DNA of 64,000 bases from Octopus sinensis. Lineage: Eukaryota. Each line of letters opens with the position of its first letter. The first letter of the stretch is position 1. Both the position numbers and the translations under genes were made by a program. The notes under the pieces were generated by a model, which saw only the letters and a list, made by a program, of their open reading frames with translations, was not told the origin of the DNA and searched no databases. The stretch lies in assembly GCF_006345805.1 (NCBI RefSeq), contig NC_043001.1, positions 46,500,001 through 46,564,000 on the forward strand, in the 5' to 3' direction. Shown here in pieces: positions 1-12,554 of the stretch.

Positions 1-701
1 CGCTTGCATATGTATGCATATGGACGTGTGCGCGTATATATGCGTACCTACATGCATGGAAATGCGTGTACACATGTACGCGTATCTGTATATAACCATG
101 TGTATGCATGTAATCATATGTACATGTGTGTAGGCGCATACAGAAGGTCTTAGAGCCTTAACTATGCGCCCTTGTACGTATTCTTTCAGATGTTCCCAAA
201 TCCCTATCGCAATTATGGCTTCCAAGCATGTGACACTCACCTCACAACCGTTCTCATTATATTCATGTTATGAAAGGGGAAAGAAATTTTCATAATGACG
301 AAGCTCTCATGAATTACTTGATGAAAAGCCTTGTTTGTTTAAGATTTCGTTGCTAAGGCATCATTAGTAGGCTGGCTTTTTTTCCCCAAATATATTTTTG
401 TGTTTTTATTAAAACCAACAATTGGCAAAGAAGTCAACCAAACAACGCACAGCGAAATCACATAATTTCATCAACACCAACCTTACAGTAAACTAGCGAT
501 GAAATGGATGGTATGAAATTGCGATGATGCTTCTATGAATGATTAAATAGATTTCAACAGCTATGAAATCTATTTAATAATGTATGTATAAGAATATATA
601 TATATATAGATATTATATATATATATAATATATATATAGTATATATATATTATATATATATATATATATTATAATATATATATATATATATATATAATAT
701 A

Positions 702-740
<39 letters not shown>

Positions 741-744
<4 letters not shown>

Positions 745-917
745 GAACTTCACGAAAAAAACAAAAGACGAAGACAGGTGTGGTAGAAAACAAACAGATG
801 TATTAGTATAACGCTCGGGAATTGAAAATGTCGTTTACGTTTCGAGCCTACGCTCTTCCAAAGAAAGGGAACCCAGAAACAAACAAGAGAGAAAAATGTG
901 TGAGGTGGCTAACGAGC

Positions 918-918
<1 letters not shown>
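741..918. mobile_element. Dispersed ~170-bp repeat, copy 1 of 4; carries a hammerhead-like fold on the minus strand (Penelope-associated, inferred)
   Basis: Near-identical to 22681-22830, 27751-27930 and 37443-37612; each copy starts immediately after a (TA)n tract. Confidence 0.7.
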
Positions 919-950
<32 letters not shown>

Positions 951-1400
951 CATATAAGTTCACGATTCAAGTAAATCAAGTACTTAAATGATAAAACATG
1001 GGTCAGGACAAGAAAAAAAATGTAATCGTGTATACTACGAAATCAGAGGAACAATTACTTACATACCAATATGCAGACAGTTATTCCATCTGTATATACA
1101 ATTAAGTGTACTCGACTGAGTATATTATGAGTTTTAAGGCTGTATTTAGGAACATATACTTCATCAATTGTAATTCGCTTTATAGACTTCAGGTCCACGC
1201 TAATAGCAAGTTCTGAATAAGTTGAATAATAAATAAATAACAACAGAGGCATAGTGGTTCATTCATTACAGCTGCATCACCGTGATCGACCAGGCTATCA
1301 GATGTTGCTGCACATCGCTGATCACAATGCGCTTATATATATACATATGGGAAAAAAAGTCAAGATAGAAAATGCCAAAATAATTTTATAAAAAACATTT

Positions 1401-1437
1401 CAGTACCGGTTTCAGTCATTGAGACTTTTCCAGCTGT
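1401..1437 (-). ncRNA. Eroded minimal type I hammerhead motif
   Basis: Minus strand reads cag-CUGGAAA-AGUC-ucaau-GACU-GAAA-CCGG-UA-cug. Helices I, II and III are present, but the core deviates from CUGANGA. Confidence 0.5.
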
Positions 1438-1660
1438 AAGTATGGAAAATAATTAAATTTTGAAAAATTAAAAGAAAAGTTTTTTAAAAGAGTATTTGTA
1501 TAGTGTTCAAATACAAGTGCATTTTCCTTGTTTCTGCCTGTCTCTGTCTCTCTAGTTTACTCTTGTGGGTTCAAGATCGTTGTGAATTCTTGGTAGGGAA
1601 GAAGAAGAAGGAGGAAGAAAAGAAAAGAAGAATTGGAGTGCCATGACAGTAGTATGTTGA

Positions 1661-1756
<96 letters not shown>

Positions 1757-2380
1757 ACGTTTTTGTGTGCGTGCATAGATATATATAATATATTATATAA
1801 TACACGCACCACAAAACACACAAATCAACATTAAGAATGTAAACGACAGAAAGAGTTCTTAACACATGTAATCATAAATTAAAACAATTTAACGTAGGCA
1901 TACCTACAAACTTTGAATTATAAACCTCACTGCAAAGTCTAAACAAAAGTTAATATCCTTCGATGTTTCAGAAAAATTTTACGTTTGTCATGACTAGTTT
2001 CATCTCTGTTTGGGGATTCATCGACAGACAAGTACTCTCATTCTTTGCCCACGGAGCGATTGATATCTTGTAGACACAAGTCTAATTCGCATAATTCTGA
2101 ATTTGTTGATTACGTGCTAAATTAATTGCGTAATTATGCATAAAATAAGCGGATATTATATAATATAAACTTTTCTGTCGATATATCTACATTAACTTTT
2201 AGTTTATCTAATTTGCAGTGTTGGTGTGTTTTATTAATTAATCAATCGATAGACGTAATAAGGTTTACTTATTTGCGTAATGTCGATGATTCATTCGCTG
2301 CATTGCTACAGATTTCAAGCGTGGCGTTCGTTCAGGCGACCTCTATATGTGGCGTGTGTATGAGTGTGTTACGGGCATTC

Positions 2381-2415
2381 GCACACACACACACACACAC
2401 ACGCACGTACGCGCG

Positions 2416-2488
<73 letters not shown>

Positions 2489-2498
2489 CACGCACACG

Positions 2499-2563
<65 letters not shown>
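2381..2563. repeat. (CA)n microsatellite
   Basis: Direct reading; source of the HT/CV ORFs. Confidence 0.98.
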
Positions 2564-2569
<6 letters not shown>

Positions 2570-3250
2570 AAATGAAGTATTGTGAAGTGTATTTCTCTTT
2601 GATAAATCAGATACAACGTTAAACAGAGATACAAAAACAAGTAGGAAAATATTCAATAGTGAATGAAAGCGAGATGGATGGATGGATAGATAGGAAGATA
2701 GCTAGCTAGATAGACAGATAGACAGATAAGGTACACAGACAAACAGACAGGTATATATATATATATTTAGATATAGATATAGATATATATATATATAGAG
2801 AGAGACAGGTAGGGAGACAGGTAGGGAGACATATAAAGATAGATACATTGACAGACAGAAAGACAGAGTTTGAGAGATAGATAGAAAGATAGATAGATAA
2901 ATAGATAGAGACATAGATAGATAGAGTGAGAGAGAAAGAGTAGAGAAAGAGAGAATTAGAAAGAAAGGTAGGGAATCAAAAGAAAGCCTCTTCAGAGATT
3001 ACCATCTCCACCACGCAACGGAATGGATTTAAAGGATTTGCGTGCAGCTGAAAACAAACTTTCCACGCGAAATATCAAGGGAATCAAAACATATCTAATA
3101 TGTTAATATCATCTTGTATTGTTATTGCTTCGGTCTTAAGGATATATGTGTGTATGTATGCTTGTATGTATGTATGTATATATATATGTATGTATGTGTG
3201 TGTATGTGCATGTCTATGCATGTATGTACGAATGAATGAATGCATGTATG

Positions 3251-3286
<36 letters not shown>

Positions 3287-3329
3287 GAATATGAATTGCT
3301 AATGCTTGTATACTTGAAGATCCACTCAT

Positions 3330-3396
<67 letters not shown>

Positions 3397-3428
3397 GTAT
3401 GTATTATAGATATAATATATATATATAA

Positions 3429-3487
<59 letters not shown>

Positions 3488-3639
3488 ATACTGTATATAT
3501 ATAGTATATATAATATATATATCATACTGTAATATAGTATATATACATACTCGCGTACATATAAATATATACATATACTTATATATATATATAGAGAGAG
3601 AGTAATGAGTGGATGCTTCAAGTATACAAGCATTAGCAA

Positions 3640-3674
<35 letters not shown>

Positions 3675-3933
3675 GTGCGCACACACACATATACGTGGGC
3701 TGTGCTTTACTGGATAAACTTCTCAAGAAATGGCAACGTCAACATGAGAGGATCTAAAGGATTTTATCATATAAAATTTTAAATCAAGTTGTGTAGCTAA
3801 CCGACATCAGCTTAAAGGGTTTATTTATAAATCTAAGATTTGTCGTGGAGATTGGAGAAGTCAGGTTATGTATATAGTTTATTCGATACGTAGAAACCAT
3901 TCACACCTCTCATTTCATAATAATAATAATAAT

Positions 3934-4915
3934 GAAAACAACATAGCGTGGTATGTAAAAAATGCCACAAACACGCTATTATTAGAAGGTCAGGCCTGTG
4001 TAGGATGGAATATTGCAAAGATAAATCACTACACAGGTAATTGAAAAGAAATGAAACTGAAAATAGGTGGATAAAGAAAAGAATACATGGGCAATTTCAT
4101 AGGGATGTTGAAGATCAGACAGACAGAGAAAAGAGATGGCCGTGAATGGCTAAAAGTGATTTAAAACCGGAAACGGAGGCTCTAATCTGTGCTGCCCTAC
4201 AGCAAGCACTAAGAACAAACTACATACAATTCAGAATAGACAACACATCAGAAAGTGATAAGTGCAGAATCTGTGGATAAAATGGCGAAACCGTATGGCA
4301 AATTACCTGCCAATGTACGCCACTAAGCCCAGAAGGAATATAAGAGACGCCACGACAATATAGCAAGGCTTGTCCATTGGACACTTTGCAACAAGTATGG
4401 ATTTGACAGAGCAAAAAATTGGTTCAACCACAAATCTGAAGGCATCGTCGAAAATAGAAATGCAAAAATCTTATGGATTTTATGATTCAGTGCGACCATG
4501 AGATATAGAATAGGAAGCCAGATATAGTCTTAACTGAGAAAGAAAATAAATTATGTTGGATCATAGATATAGCATGCCCAGCCGACAACAATGTATGCGA
4601 TAAGGAAGAAAGAAAACTTGAGAGATATGACAGGTTAGATTGGGAAGTTAAGCAGTTGTGGTCGATGGAAAAAGTAACAGTAGTACCAATAATTGTCGGA
4701 GCCCTGGGAACAGTGAGTAAAAATCTCGAGAAGTACGTGGAATAAATAGGGGCTGCAATAAGGGTGGCGCACTTGCAGAAAACAGCACTGCTTAGAACCG
4801 CTCGAATACTCCGGATGGTGCTCGAAAAATAAGAGGTGTTACCTTAGTTCACTGGTAGTGAACAGCTGACACGACAGTACATCTCCAGCATTAGAAGCTG
4901 TGCAAAGGCAATGAT
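3934..4915 (+). mobile_element. Degenerate 3' fragment of an R4/Dong-like non-LTR retrotransposon (zinc knuckle plus restriction-like endonuclease)
   Basis: Translates with stops and frameshifts to HGQFHRD..LKPETEALICAA..CRICG..RRHDNIAR..RKPDIV..IIDIACP..VPIIVGALGTV; preceded by (TAA)n at 3918-3933. Confidence 0.9.
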
Positions 4916-4947
4916 AATGTTGTTGTTGTTGTTATTATTATTATTAT

Positions 4948-5080
4948 TCAGGTCACTGCCTGGAACCGAACTCGGAATCTTGAAGTTAGTAGCCCGCACT
5001 CTTAACCACTACGCCACAGGCATATGGCGTAGTGGTTAAGAGCGCGGACTAATAACTTCAAGATTCCGAGTTCGATTCCA
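4948..5080. mobile_element. Two tRNA-derived SINE heads in back-to-back inverted orientation
   Basis: 4961-5016 is the near reverse complement of 5025-5080; A-box TGGCGTAGTGG and B-box GAGTTCGATTCC. Confidence 0.85.
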
Positions 5081-5095
5081 ATTTTTGAGGAGAGA

Positions 5096-5412
5096 GTCAG
5101 TTAAGTACATCGATCAGCCCCGAAGGATGAAATGCAAAGTCGACGTCAGAACGTAAAGCCAGAAGAAATATCGCTAATCATTTTTCTGACGCTCTAACGA
5201 TTCTGTTTGTTCATTGTAATAAAATTTATTTCTGATTTTCGCGCAAGACCATCAATTCTTAGCTGATGGGAATAGTAAACCACATCGATGCAGGGCTGAA
5301 CAAGTACTTATTTCATCGACTCCGATTTGATGAAAAGCGAAGTCAACGTTGGTTGAATTTGAAAGCAAAGACTCGGAAGAAATATCGCGAAGCATTTTCT
5401 CCGGTTCTTCCA
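5096..5412 (-). mobile_element. Two partial SINE copies (family A)
   Basis: Reverse-complement similarity to 44058-44275. Confidence 0.65.
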
Positions 5413-5829
5413 GCTCATGATAATAACAATAATAGATTCCATTTTGTATTTGGTTTTCAAGAATCTTGATGTGAAATCATGTGTTGAATTAGATTTTGTT
5501 GTATATCAGGAACGTCATTATATCAATAACTATTCCAGCTCTTTTATTATTATTAGTTAACTAATTAAACATCTAAGCAATTAATTAATCGATTACTTGA
5601 TTAATCATTCGATCAACCAATCGATTTGGTTCGTCAGAGTCCTTTCGTCTCCATTTGCCGAGTAGCGAAAGCATTTTATTGATCAGGTTACGAATGGCGA
5701 CGAAATGACTTTAACAAACCAAGCAGTTTGATGGATCGAACGATTAATCAAGCAATAGGTTAGTTAATTGGTTAAATAGTTAACGAGTTGATTAATAATA
5801 ATAATAACAACAGTAACAACAACGACAAC

Positions 5830-5985
5830 AATAAAAATAATTATGTACATTATTTACATTTGACGGATATTTGTCCTCATCTCGTTTGTTGTTAACACGT
5901 TTCGGCTGATATACTCTCCAGCCTTCATCAGGTATCTTGGGAAAATTTCGAACCTGGGTTCTCATTCCTAAGGTATTTTTCCATG
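5830..5985 (-). mobile_element. Penelope-associated repeat with a hammerhead core (5897-5932)
   Basis: Minus strand CUGAUGAA-GGCUG-gagaguauau-CAGCC-GAAAC; the helix I/III junction appears eroded. Confidence 0.65.
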
Positions 5986-6016
5986 TTGTTGTTGTTGTTG
6001 TTATTATTATTACTAC

Positions 6017-6082
<66 letters not shown>

Positions 6083-6117
6083 CATCATTATTATTTATTA
6101 TATCATTATTATTATTA

Positions 6118-6165
<48 letters not shown>

Positions 6166-6288
6166 TATTCAGGTGTGATGCATCTACCTGGTATACCCTT
6201 ATCAGACGGTTAAGTCATGATGGGAGTATTAGACTTCGTTATACTTGTACTCAATGTCATTTTGATGGAATGCTCAGGTCTCTCACTC

Positions 6289-6364
<76 letters not shown>

Positions 6365-6382
6365 TAATAATAATATAATAAT
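5986..6382. repeat. (ATT)n and (TAA)n microsatellites flanking a 125-bp insert
   Basis: Direct reading. Confidence 0.95.
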
Positions 6383-6695
6383 AAAGGTGTGACATCTTAA
6401 AACAAGAACTGTTCCTGTTATTGGTGCCTTAGGTATGATACTAAAAGGGATGTCAGAAACATCTAGATAAGATCCCAGGAGAACCATGTCTCAGAGAAAT
6501 CCAAAAGATTGTGCTGACAAGTCCTGCCCACATCTTTAGAAATACTCTAGCCATTTAAATGTCTGTGTTGTATTTTATGAAGATATTTCACTACCTCCCC
6601 TCCGCAAGCTTTCAGTAATTTTACCCTTCACTCTCCCCAGGAGGCTGGGTGTGTTTCGGAAAGTGACTGTAACAATGAGGCAAATTAAAAGTAAA
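6383..6695 (+). mobile_element. Short 3' end of an R4/Dong-like element
   Basis: Translates to WHLKTRTVPV.IGALGMI..EIQKIVLTSPAHIFRNTLAI*; flanked by TAA/AAC repeats. Confidence 0.8.
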
Positions 6696-6731
6696 AATAA
6701 CAACAGCAACAACAACAACAATAACAACAGC

Positions 6732-6777
<46 letters not shown>

Positions 6778-6813
6778 TAATAATAATAATAATAATAATG
6801 ATGATGATGATGA

Positions 6814-6864
<51 letters not shown>

Positions 6865-6918
6865 TGATGATGATGATGATGATGATGATAACAACAACAA
6901 CAACAACAACAACAACAA

Positions 6919-8676
6919 CTCCTTTTCTGCTTGGCACTGTCACCTCTTTCGGATATGCTAAACAGAACTGGATGCGGATATAAATGTTACGGCAAAACGA
7001 TCAGCCACCTTTTATATATGGACGACCTAAAACTATACGCTACAAATGACAAACAGCTGGAAACACTACTAAAGACAGTTCATGGATTTACCAAAGAAAT
7101 AGATATGAAATTTGGATTAGAAAAATGCGCCGAAGTAACCATGAAAAGAGGAAAACTAGTTAAGAGTAGCAACATCACACTAAATATAAAACAATGAAAA
7201 AAAGAATTAGACCAAAGCCAAACTTACAAATACTTAGGAATCATGAACTAGATAATACACAACACACACAAATAAAAGAGAAAATAAAAAAAGAATATTA
7301 TAGGACGAGTTAGATCAATGCTGAAAACAGAGCTCAATGCTAAAAACAAGATAATAGGTATCAACACTTTAGCCGTCCCAGTTATAAGTTACAGCTACAA
7401 TATCCTTAACTGGACACTAAATGAACTGACCAAAATAGATAGGAAAACAAGAAAAATAATGACAGGGTCTAGGATGCATCACCCAAAATCTGACATAGAA
7501 AGGCTATATATACAACGTATAGATGGTGGTAGAGGCCTTATACAGCTGGAAAACTACTATAAAATAACCACCGTAGGACTGCAAAAATATCTACTTCAGA
7601 AGGAAGGAAAACTGATACAAATAGCGGCAAAACACGAGCAAAACAAAAAGCTGTTCTCAGTATTTAAGGAAGCTGACAAATACAAACAAGAAATCATACC
7701 ACCTAATAAACATGAAGAAGAAGAATAAGATGAAGAAACAACAAAAGCTATAAAACAAATGAAATCCAAACTAAAAATAGAACAGAACGAACCATGATAA
7801 AACGATGGCAAGAAAAGCCCCTTCATGGTAAATACTGGACTAAACTAAACGCAAAAGAAATAGACAAAGAAAAATCCCAGCAATGGTTGAGAAGCTCAGG
7901 ACTCAAAGCAGAGAAACAGAGGGATTTTTAATTGCAGCACAAGACCAAAGCCTCCCCACCAGAAATTACCAAAAACATGTAATGAAAAGAAATATTACAA
8001 GTAACTGCAGAATATGTGGAGATGGACAAGAAACAATAAATCATATTATCTCTAGCTGCCCAGTCCTGGCTAAGAAGGAATATATTCACAGACATGACAG
8101 AGTTGGAACCTACATACATTGGAAGCTATGCCAACATTATGGAATAACAACAGAAAAAAGATGGTATAGGCACACACCAGAAAAGGTCACAGAAAAACGA
8201 GAGAAAGCAACCATACTCTGGGATATGCCGATACACACAGACAGAGAAATTAAGGCCAACAGACCAGATATAGTTGTCAAGACCATGAAGGAAAAAAATG
8301 CTTCTAATTGATGTATCAATACCGGCTGATGACAACGTGTCTCTAAAAGAAATGGAGAAACTCTCAAAATACAAAGACCTGGAAATAGAGGTAACTAGAA
8401 TGTGGAATCTGAAAACAGAAACAATTCCTATCATAGTAGGTGCATTAGGCATGATAAAAAAATATTCAGACAAATACATAACAAAAACACCAGGACTTAC
8501 AAACACATATAACATACAGAAAATTGCACTACTAGGCACTGCACACATCTACGCAGAACACTTTCCATACAATAACCATCAGAGCATCACAACAAATCAC
8601 AGCACATACCCAAGGCACACAGAGCTGCGCTCGGTAGTGAAGTGAAAGCACGCTATAAAAATAAAACTACTGAATG
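6919..8676 (+). mobile_element. 5'-truncated R4/Dong-like non-LTR retrotransposon (RT C-half, CCHC knuckle, REL endonuclease, 3' UTR); few lesions
   Basis: LLFCLALSPLS, LYMDDLKLY, KFGLEKC, YKYLG, CRICGDGQETINHIISSC, HRHD, NRPDIV, LIDVSIP, PIIVGALGMI across ORFs 6931-8645; ends in (TAA)n at 8677-8740. Confidence 0.95.
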
Positions 8677-8741
<65 letters not shown>

Positions 8742-8799
8742 TGAAACAGAACCAGTGGCCTGTGTTTCTTTTTGTAGTAATCTTTTTACTATTGGCACG

Positions 8800-8992
8800 A
8801 GGCCTGAATTTTAAGGTGGGATGGGAGCTAATCGATTACATCGACCCCAGTGCTCAACTGCTCCTTATTTTATCAACACCGAAAGGTTGAACGGTAAAGT
8901 AAACCTCGGTGGAATTTCACCTCAGAACATAAAGCCGGAAGAATTGCTGCAAAGCATTTTGTCCGGCGTGCTAGCGATTCTACATAATGATC
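8800..8992 (-). mobile_element. SINE family A
   Basis: Reverse-complement similarity to 44058-44275. Confidence 0.75.
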
Positions 8993-9289
8993 CGCCACAT
9001 ACAACATCAGTGTCAACCCACGATTTCAAATCAAAACTCTTGCGCTCCAAATACAGAGACGAAATTTTCACTCTACGTACTTTACCTTAAATTGTGGCCT
9101 TCTCAGTTGTCTTTAACGGGAATATACTACACACACATCATACATGTATCTGTGTTTAGACATAACACACTCACACACACACACACATATATATATACAC
9201 ACACGCACACACACACACACACAGCAACTATTAGAGACGGAAGTAATATTAATACCAAACAGTAATTTTGATATCCAACTTAGAATGGA

Positions 9290-9465
9290 TGCTACTGATG
9301 TTGTCCAACGGAAAAGTCAAGGCCGATACAGCTTGGCACCAATGACGTCGCAACTCATTTCTACAGCTCAGTGAACTGAGGCAACGTCAAATAAAGTGTC
9401 TTGGTCAAGAACATAACACACAGCCTAGTCCGTGAATCGAACTCACAACGCCACGATTGTAAGCA
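9290..9465 (-). mobile_element. tRNA-derived CORE-like SINE (family D)
   Basis: B-box GAGTTCGATTC on the minus strand; similar to 9855-10115 and 60215-60540. Confidence 0.75.
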
Positions 9466-9504
9466 CACACATGCATACGCGCGCACACACACCTACACAC
9501 ACAC

Positions 9505-9575
<71 letters not shown>

Positions 9576-9741
9576 TTAATTTATTAGCGATAGAAGCAAT
9601 ATTAATACCAAATGGTAATCTTCATATCCAACTTAACATGAATACTTTGTTAGAACACCTAATACTGCGTATTAGCCTTGAGGGATCCTCTTACATAGGC
9701 GCTTACGAATTTCAGTAAACAAAGCCCTAGAAGGAAACATG

Positions 9742-9802
<61 letters not shown>

Positions 9803-9854
9803 TATATATATAAGGGTAAAAGGGTAAATATTGTACCTAGAAAGTTCCGCTCTG

Positions 9855-10115
9855 AGGCACAAGTCCGGGCAAGATTGTTTGTGGACGATCAGCAGTCACC
9901 CATGCATACCACCATCGTCTCTTTATGCCGCCGATGTTGTCCATTGGAAAGGCCAAAGCCGACACAGCTTGGCACCAGTGACGTCGCAACTCATTTCTAC
10001 AGCTGAGTGAATTGTAGCCACGTGAAATAAAGTGTTTGCTCAAGAACATCACACACAGCTTGGTCCGTGAATCGAACTGACAACGTCACGATTGTAAGCC
10101 CGACGCTGTAACCAC
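9855..10115 (-). mobile_element. tRNA-derived CORE-like SINE (family D)
   Basis: Paralog of 9290-9465; B-box CAGTTCGATTC. Confidence 0.75.
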
Positions 10116-10864
10116 TGAACGATGGTATATTTTTAAGAGGTAAATCAAAATGCATGCCGATGCACAATAATTTTTGCGTGAGTCCACAACATTGAAAATG
10201 GTACTTTTACAAATGTATAAACCTGCCAAAAACATGTTCAAGCTTTATACATTTTAAAAATTGATCGAGAAACTAAGGTTGAAGCCAATTAAAAGAATCT
10301 TGGACTGAATGAGATTCTGAACTAAACTGCCTCTACCAGGGAAGCAGAAAGCAAAGACGGACCGCCTATGTATCTTCATCAGCGGAAAGGAAGACAAAAT
10401 AGACTTTGTTCCCGTATGTAAACCTGACACTATGGCATAAAAATGGCTTAACATGCAAAAACAGATATCTTCTCTCAGTAACAACAGCGTAGAGCTATGG
10501 CACAAGGCCGGCTTCTCCTTTACCTAATACGCAGAGGTAAAGCAGTGCATCGGTTTGTTTAATCTGCCGAACATAAGTCCCATGGTAATAAGTTATTAAT
10601 AATGATGCTACAAATAAAAATACATGGGGTATTATAAACATATATAAACTTGAGAACACAATCAGAAAATATTTTCTTAGGTGTTTTTTGCATATTAAGA
10701 TATATTCTCATGATGCAGAGCACTGTGAATTCCGATGCACACGTCAGTTTGTTGAGAGAAAGCCAGCATTGTGTTGACATTACCAATGTATAATGTTCCA
10801 CTAAAACACACAAGCGCACACGCACACACACACGCGCGCATGCACAAGTGATGTAGAAAGTAAT

Positions 10865-11030
10865 TGCAGGCATGGATGTGCGGTTAAGAAGTTCGCTTTG
10901 TAACCACGTGATTTCGGGTTCAGCCCCGCTGCACGGCACCTTAGGCAAGGACCTTCTCCTACAGTCCCAAGCCGACAAATGCCTTGTAAATGAATTTGGT
11001 TGACGGAAACTGCGTGGAAGCTCTTCTTGT
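10865..11030 (+). mobile_element. SINE family B, 5' half
   Basis: tRNA-like head GGGTTCAGCCCC and core-like CACCTTAGGCAAG; similar to 61970-62310. Confidence 0.75.
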
Positions 11031-11064
11031 ATATATATACTTGTGTGTGTACATATATACACAC

Positions 11065-11113
<49 letters not shown>

Positions 11114-11132
11114 CACACATATATATATATAT

Positions 11133-11164
<32 letters not shown>

Positions 11165-11227
11165 CTAATAGAAATATTAAAATTACTAAGTCTCTCTAAA
11201 GGAGATTACGGCAGCGTTACTGGATAT

Positions 11228-11570
11228 TAATAGTTATCGCCATACTAATATGGCAGTCTATAAACATAAGACTAAAGCTGTCGCTGATTAGCTCCAAGAG
11301 GCCATCGCCTCTAGCTAGCTATATGACAGACGAACCTGCGTTCATTACAACCTTCGAACGCTGCATTGATAAAGGGCAACAACCCTGAAACATGTCTGCA
11401 GATGTCTGACTAGCAAGGTGAAGCGGCTGACCACCCCTGTTCGAAGGTTGTAATGGACGCAGGTTCGTGTGTCATATAGCTAGCTAGAGGCGATGGCCTC
11501 TTGGAGCTAATCAGCGACAGCTTTAATCTTATGTTTATAGACTGCCATATTAGTATGGCGATAACTATTA
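11228..11570. repeat. Foldback element: ~132-bp inverted arms (11228-11359 / 11439-11570) with a 79-bp spacer
   Basis: Arms are near-perfect reverse complements; flanked by (TA)-rich tracts. Confidence 0.92.
11361..11401 (+). ncRNA. Minimal type I hammerhead ribozyme, U3-A8 core variant
   Basis: CUGCA-UUGAUAA-AGGG-caacaa-CCCU-GAAA-CAUG-UC-UGCAG: 5-bp helix I, 4-bp helix II, palindromic helix III loop, GUC triplet. Confidence 0.8.
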
Positions 11571-11854
11571 ATATATATACATATATATACATATATAGAT
11601 ACATATATATATATACATATATATATACATATATATATACATATATTATATTATATACATATATATACATATCTACATATATCTATATATATATATATAT
11701 ATCTATATATATATATATATATTATATATATATATAATATATATAATATATATATTATATATATATATATAAACAATTGCAGCGTGGAAGGTGTTTTAAG
11801 TCATTTAAGAAACACCATAAAACTGTTAGATTCACTTCAACATATAAATTTGAA

Positions 11855-11905
11855 TTTGTCAAAATATTTTCGTCGCTTTGAGGACGCGACCTGTTCACTG
11901 ACAAA
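11855..11905 (-). ncRNA. Minimal type I hammerhead-like motif, G3-C8 core variant (mirror copy)
   Basis: Minus strand UUUGUCA-GUGAACAG-GUCGC-guccucaaa-GCGAC-GAAA-AUAU-UU-UGACAAA. Confidence 0.65.
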
Positions 11906-11925
11906 ACTTCGATGCAGCACGAAGT

Positions 11926-11976
11926 TTTGTCAGTGAACAGGTCGCGGTCTCAAAGCGACGAAAATATTTTGACAAA
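11926..11976 (+). ncRNA. Minimal type I hammerhead-like motif, G3-C8 core variant
   Basis: UUUGUCA-GUGAACAG-GUCGC-ggucucaaa-GCGAC-GAAA-AUAU-UU-UGACAAA: 7-bp helix I, 5-bp helix II, palindromic helix III loop. Confidence 0.65.
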
Positions 11977-12111
11977 TTCAATTTATATGTTGAAGTGAAT
12001 CTAACGGTTTCGCGTGTTTCTTAAATGCTTATAAACACCTTCCACGCTGCAATTGTGTTCGTTCCAGCACACGATCTCAGATCAAGTCACTGCTATGCAA
12101 ATACATCTCCG

Positions 12112-12201
<90 letters not shown>

Positions 12202-12349
12202 TATATATATATAAAGAGAGAGAGAGTGCGAAAGGTTTTAGGCTATCAGGTCTTGGGCTTTGACGATACGCCATAAAGTTATACCCTTTATGGACAGGAA
12301 ACCCAGGGTAACCCCATAAACTGGCGTTTCTCAGTAAAAAACACTGTGT

Positions 12350-12387
<38 letters not shown>

Positions 12388-12487
12388 CTATAATATATAT
12401 ATAATAAAATATTAGGGAATAAATCCAAACTTACAGGGAAAAATCAGAGTTAGGATTAAATCCAATTTTATAGTATAGATAATATAT

Positions 12488-12539
<52 letters not shown>

Positions 12540-12554
12540 TATAATATATATATA

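Larger units (their letters stand above)
11773..12056. repeat. ~284-bp near-perfect palindrome with an 8-nt spacer (11912-11919)
   Basis: Arms 11773-11911 and 11920-12056 are reverse complements with few differences. Confidence 0.95.

Noticed and set aside
4948-5080. Genuine tRNA genes
   Set aside because: No acceptor stem can be formed; these are SINE heads
10254-10560. Possible transposase remnant (DRLCIFISG)
   Set aside because: Multiple stops and only a vague resemblance
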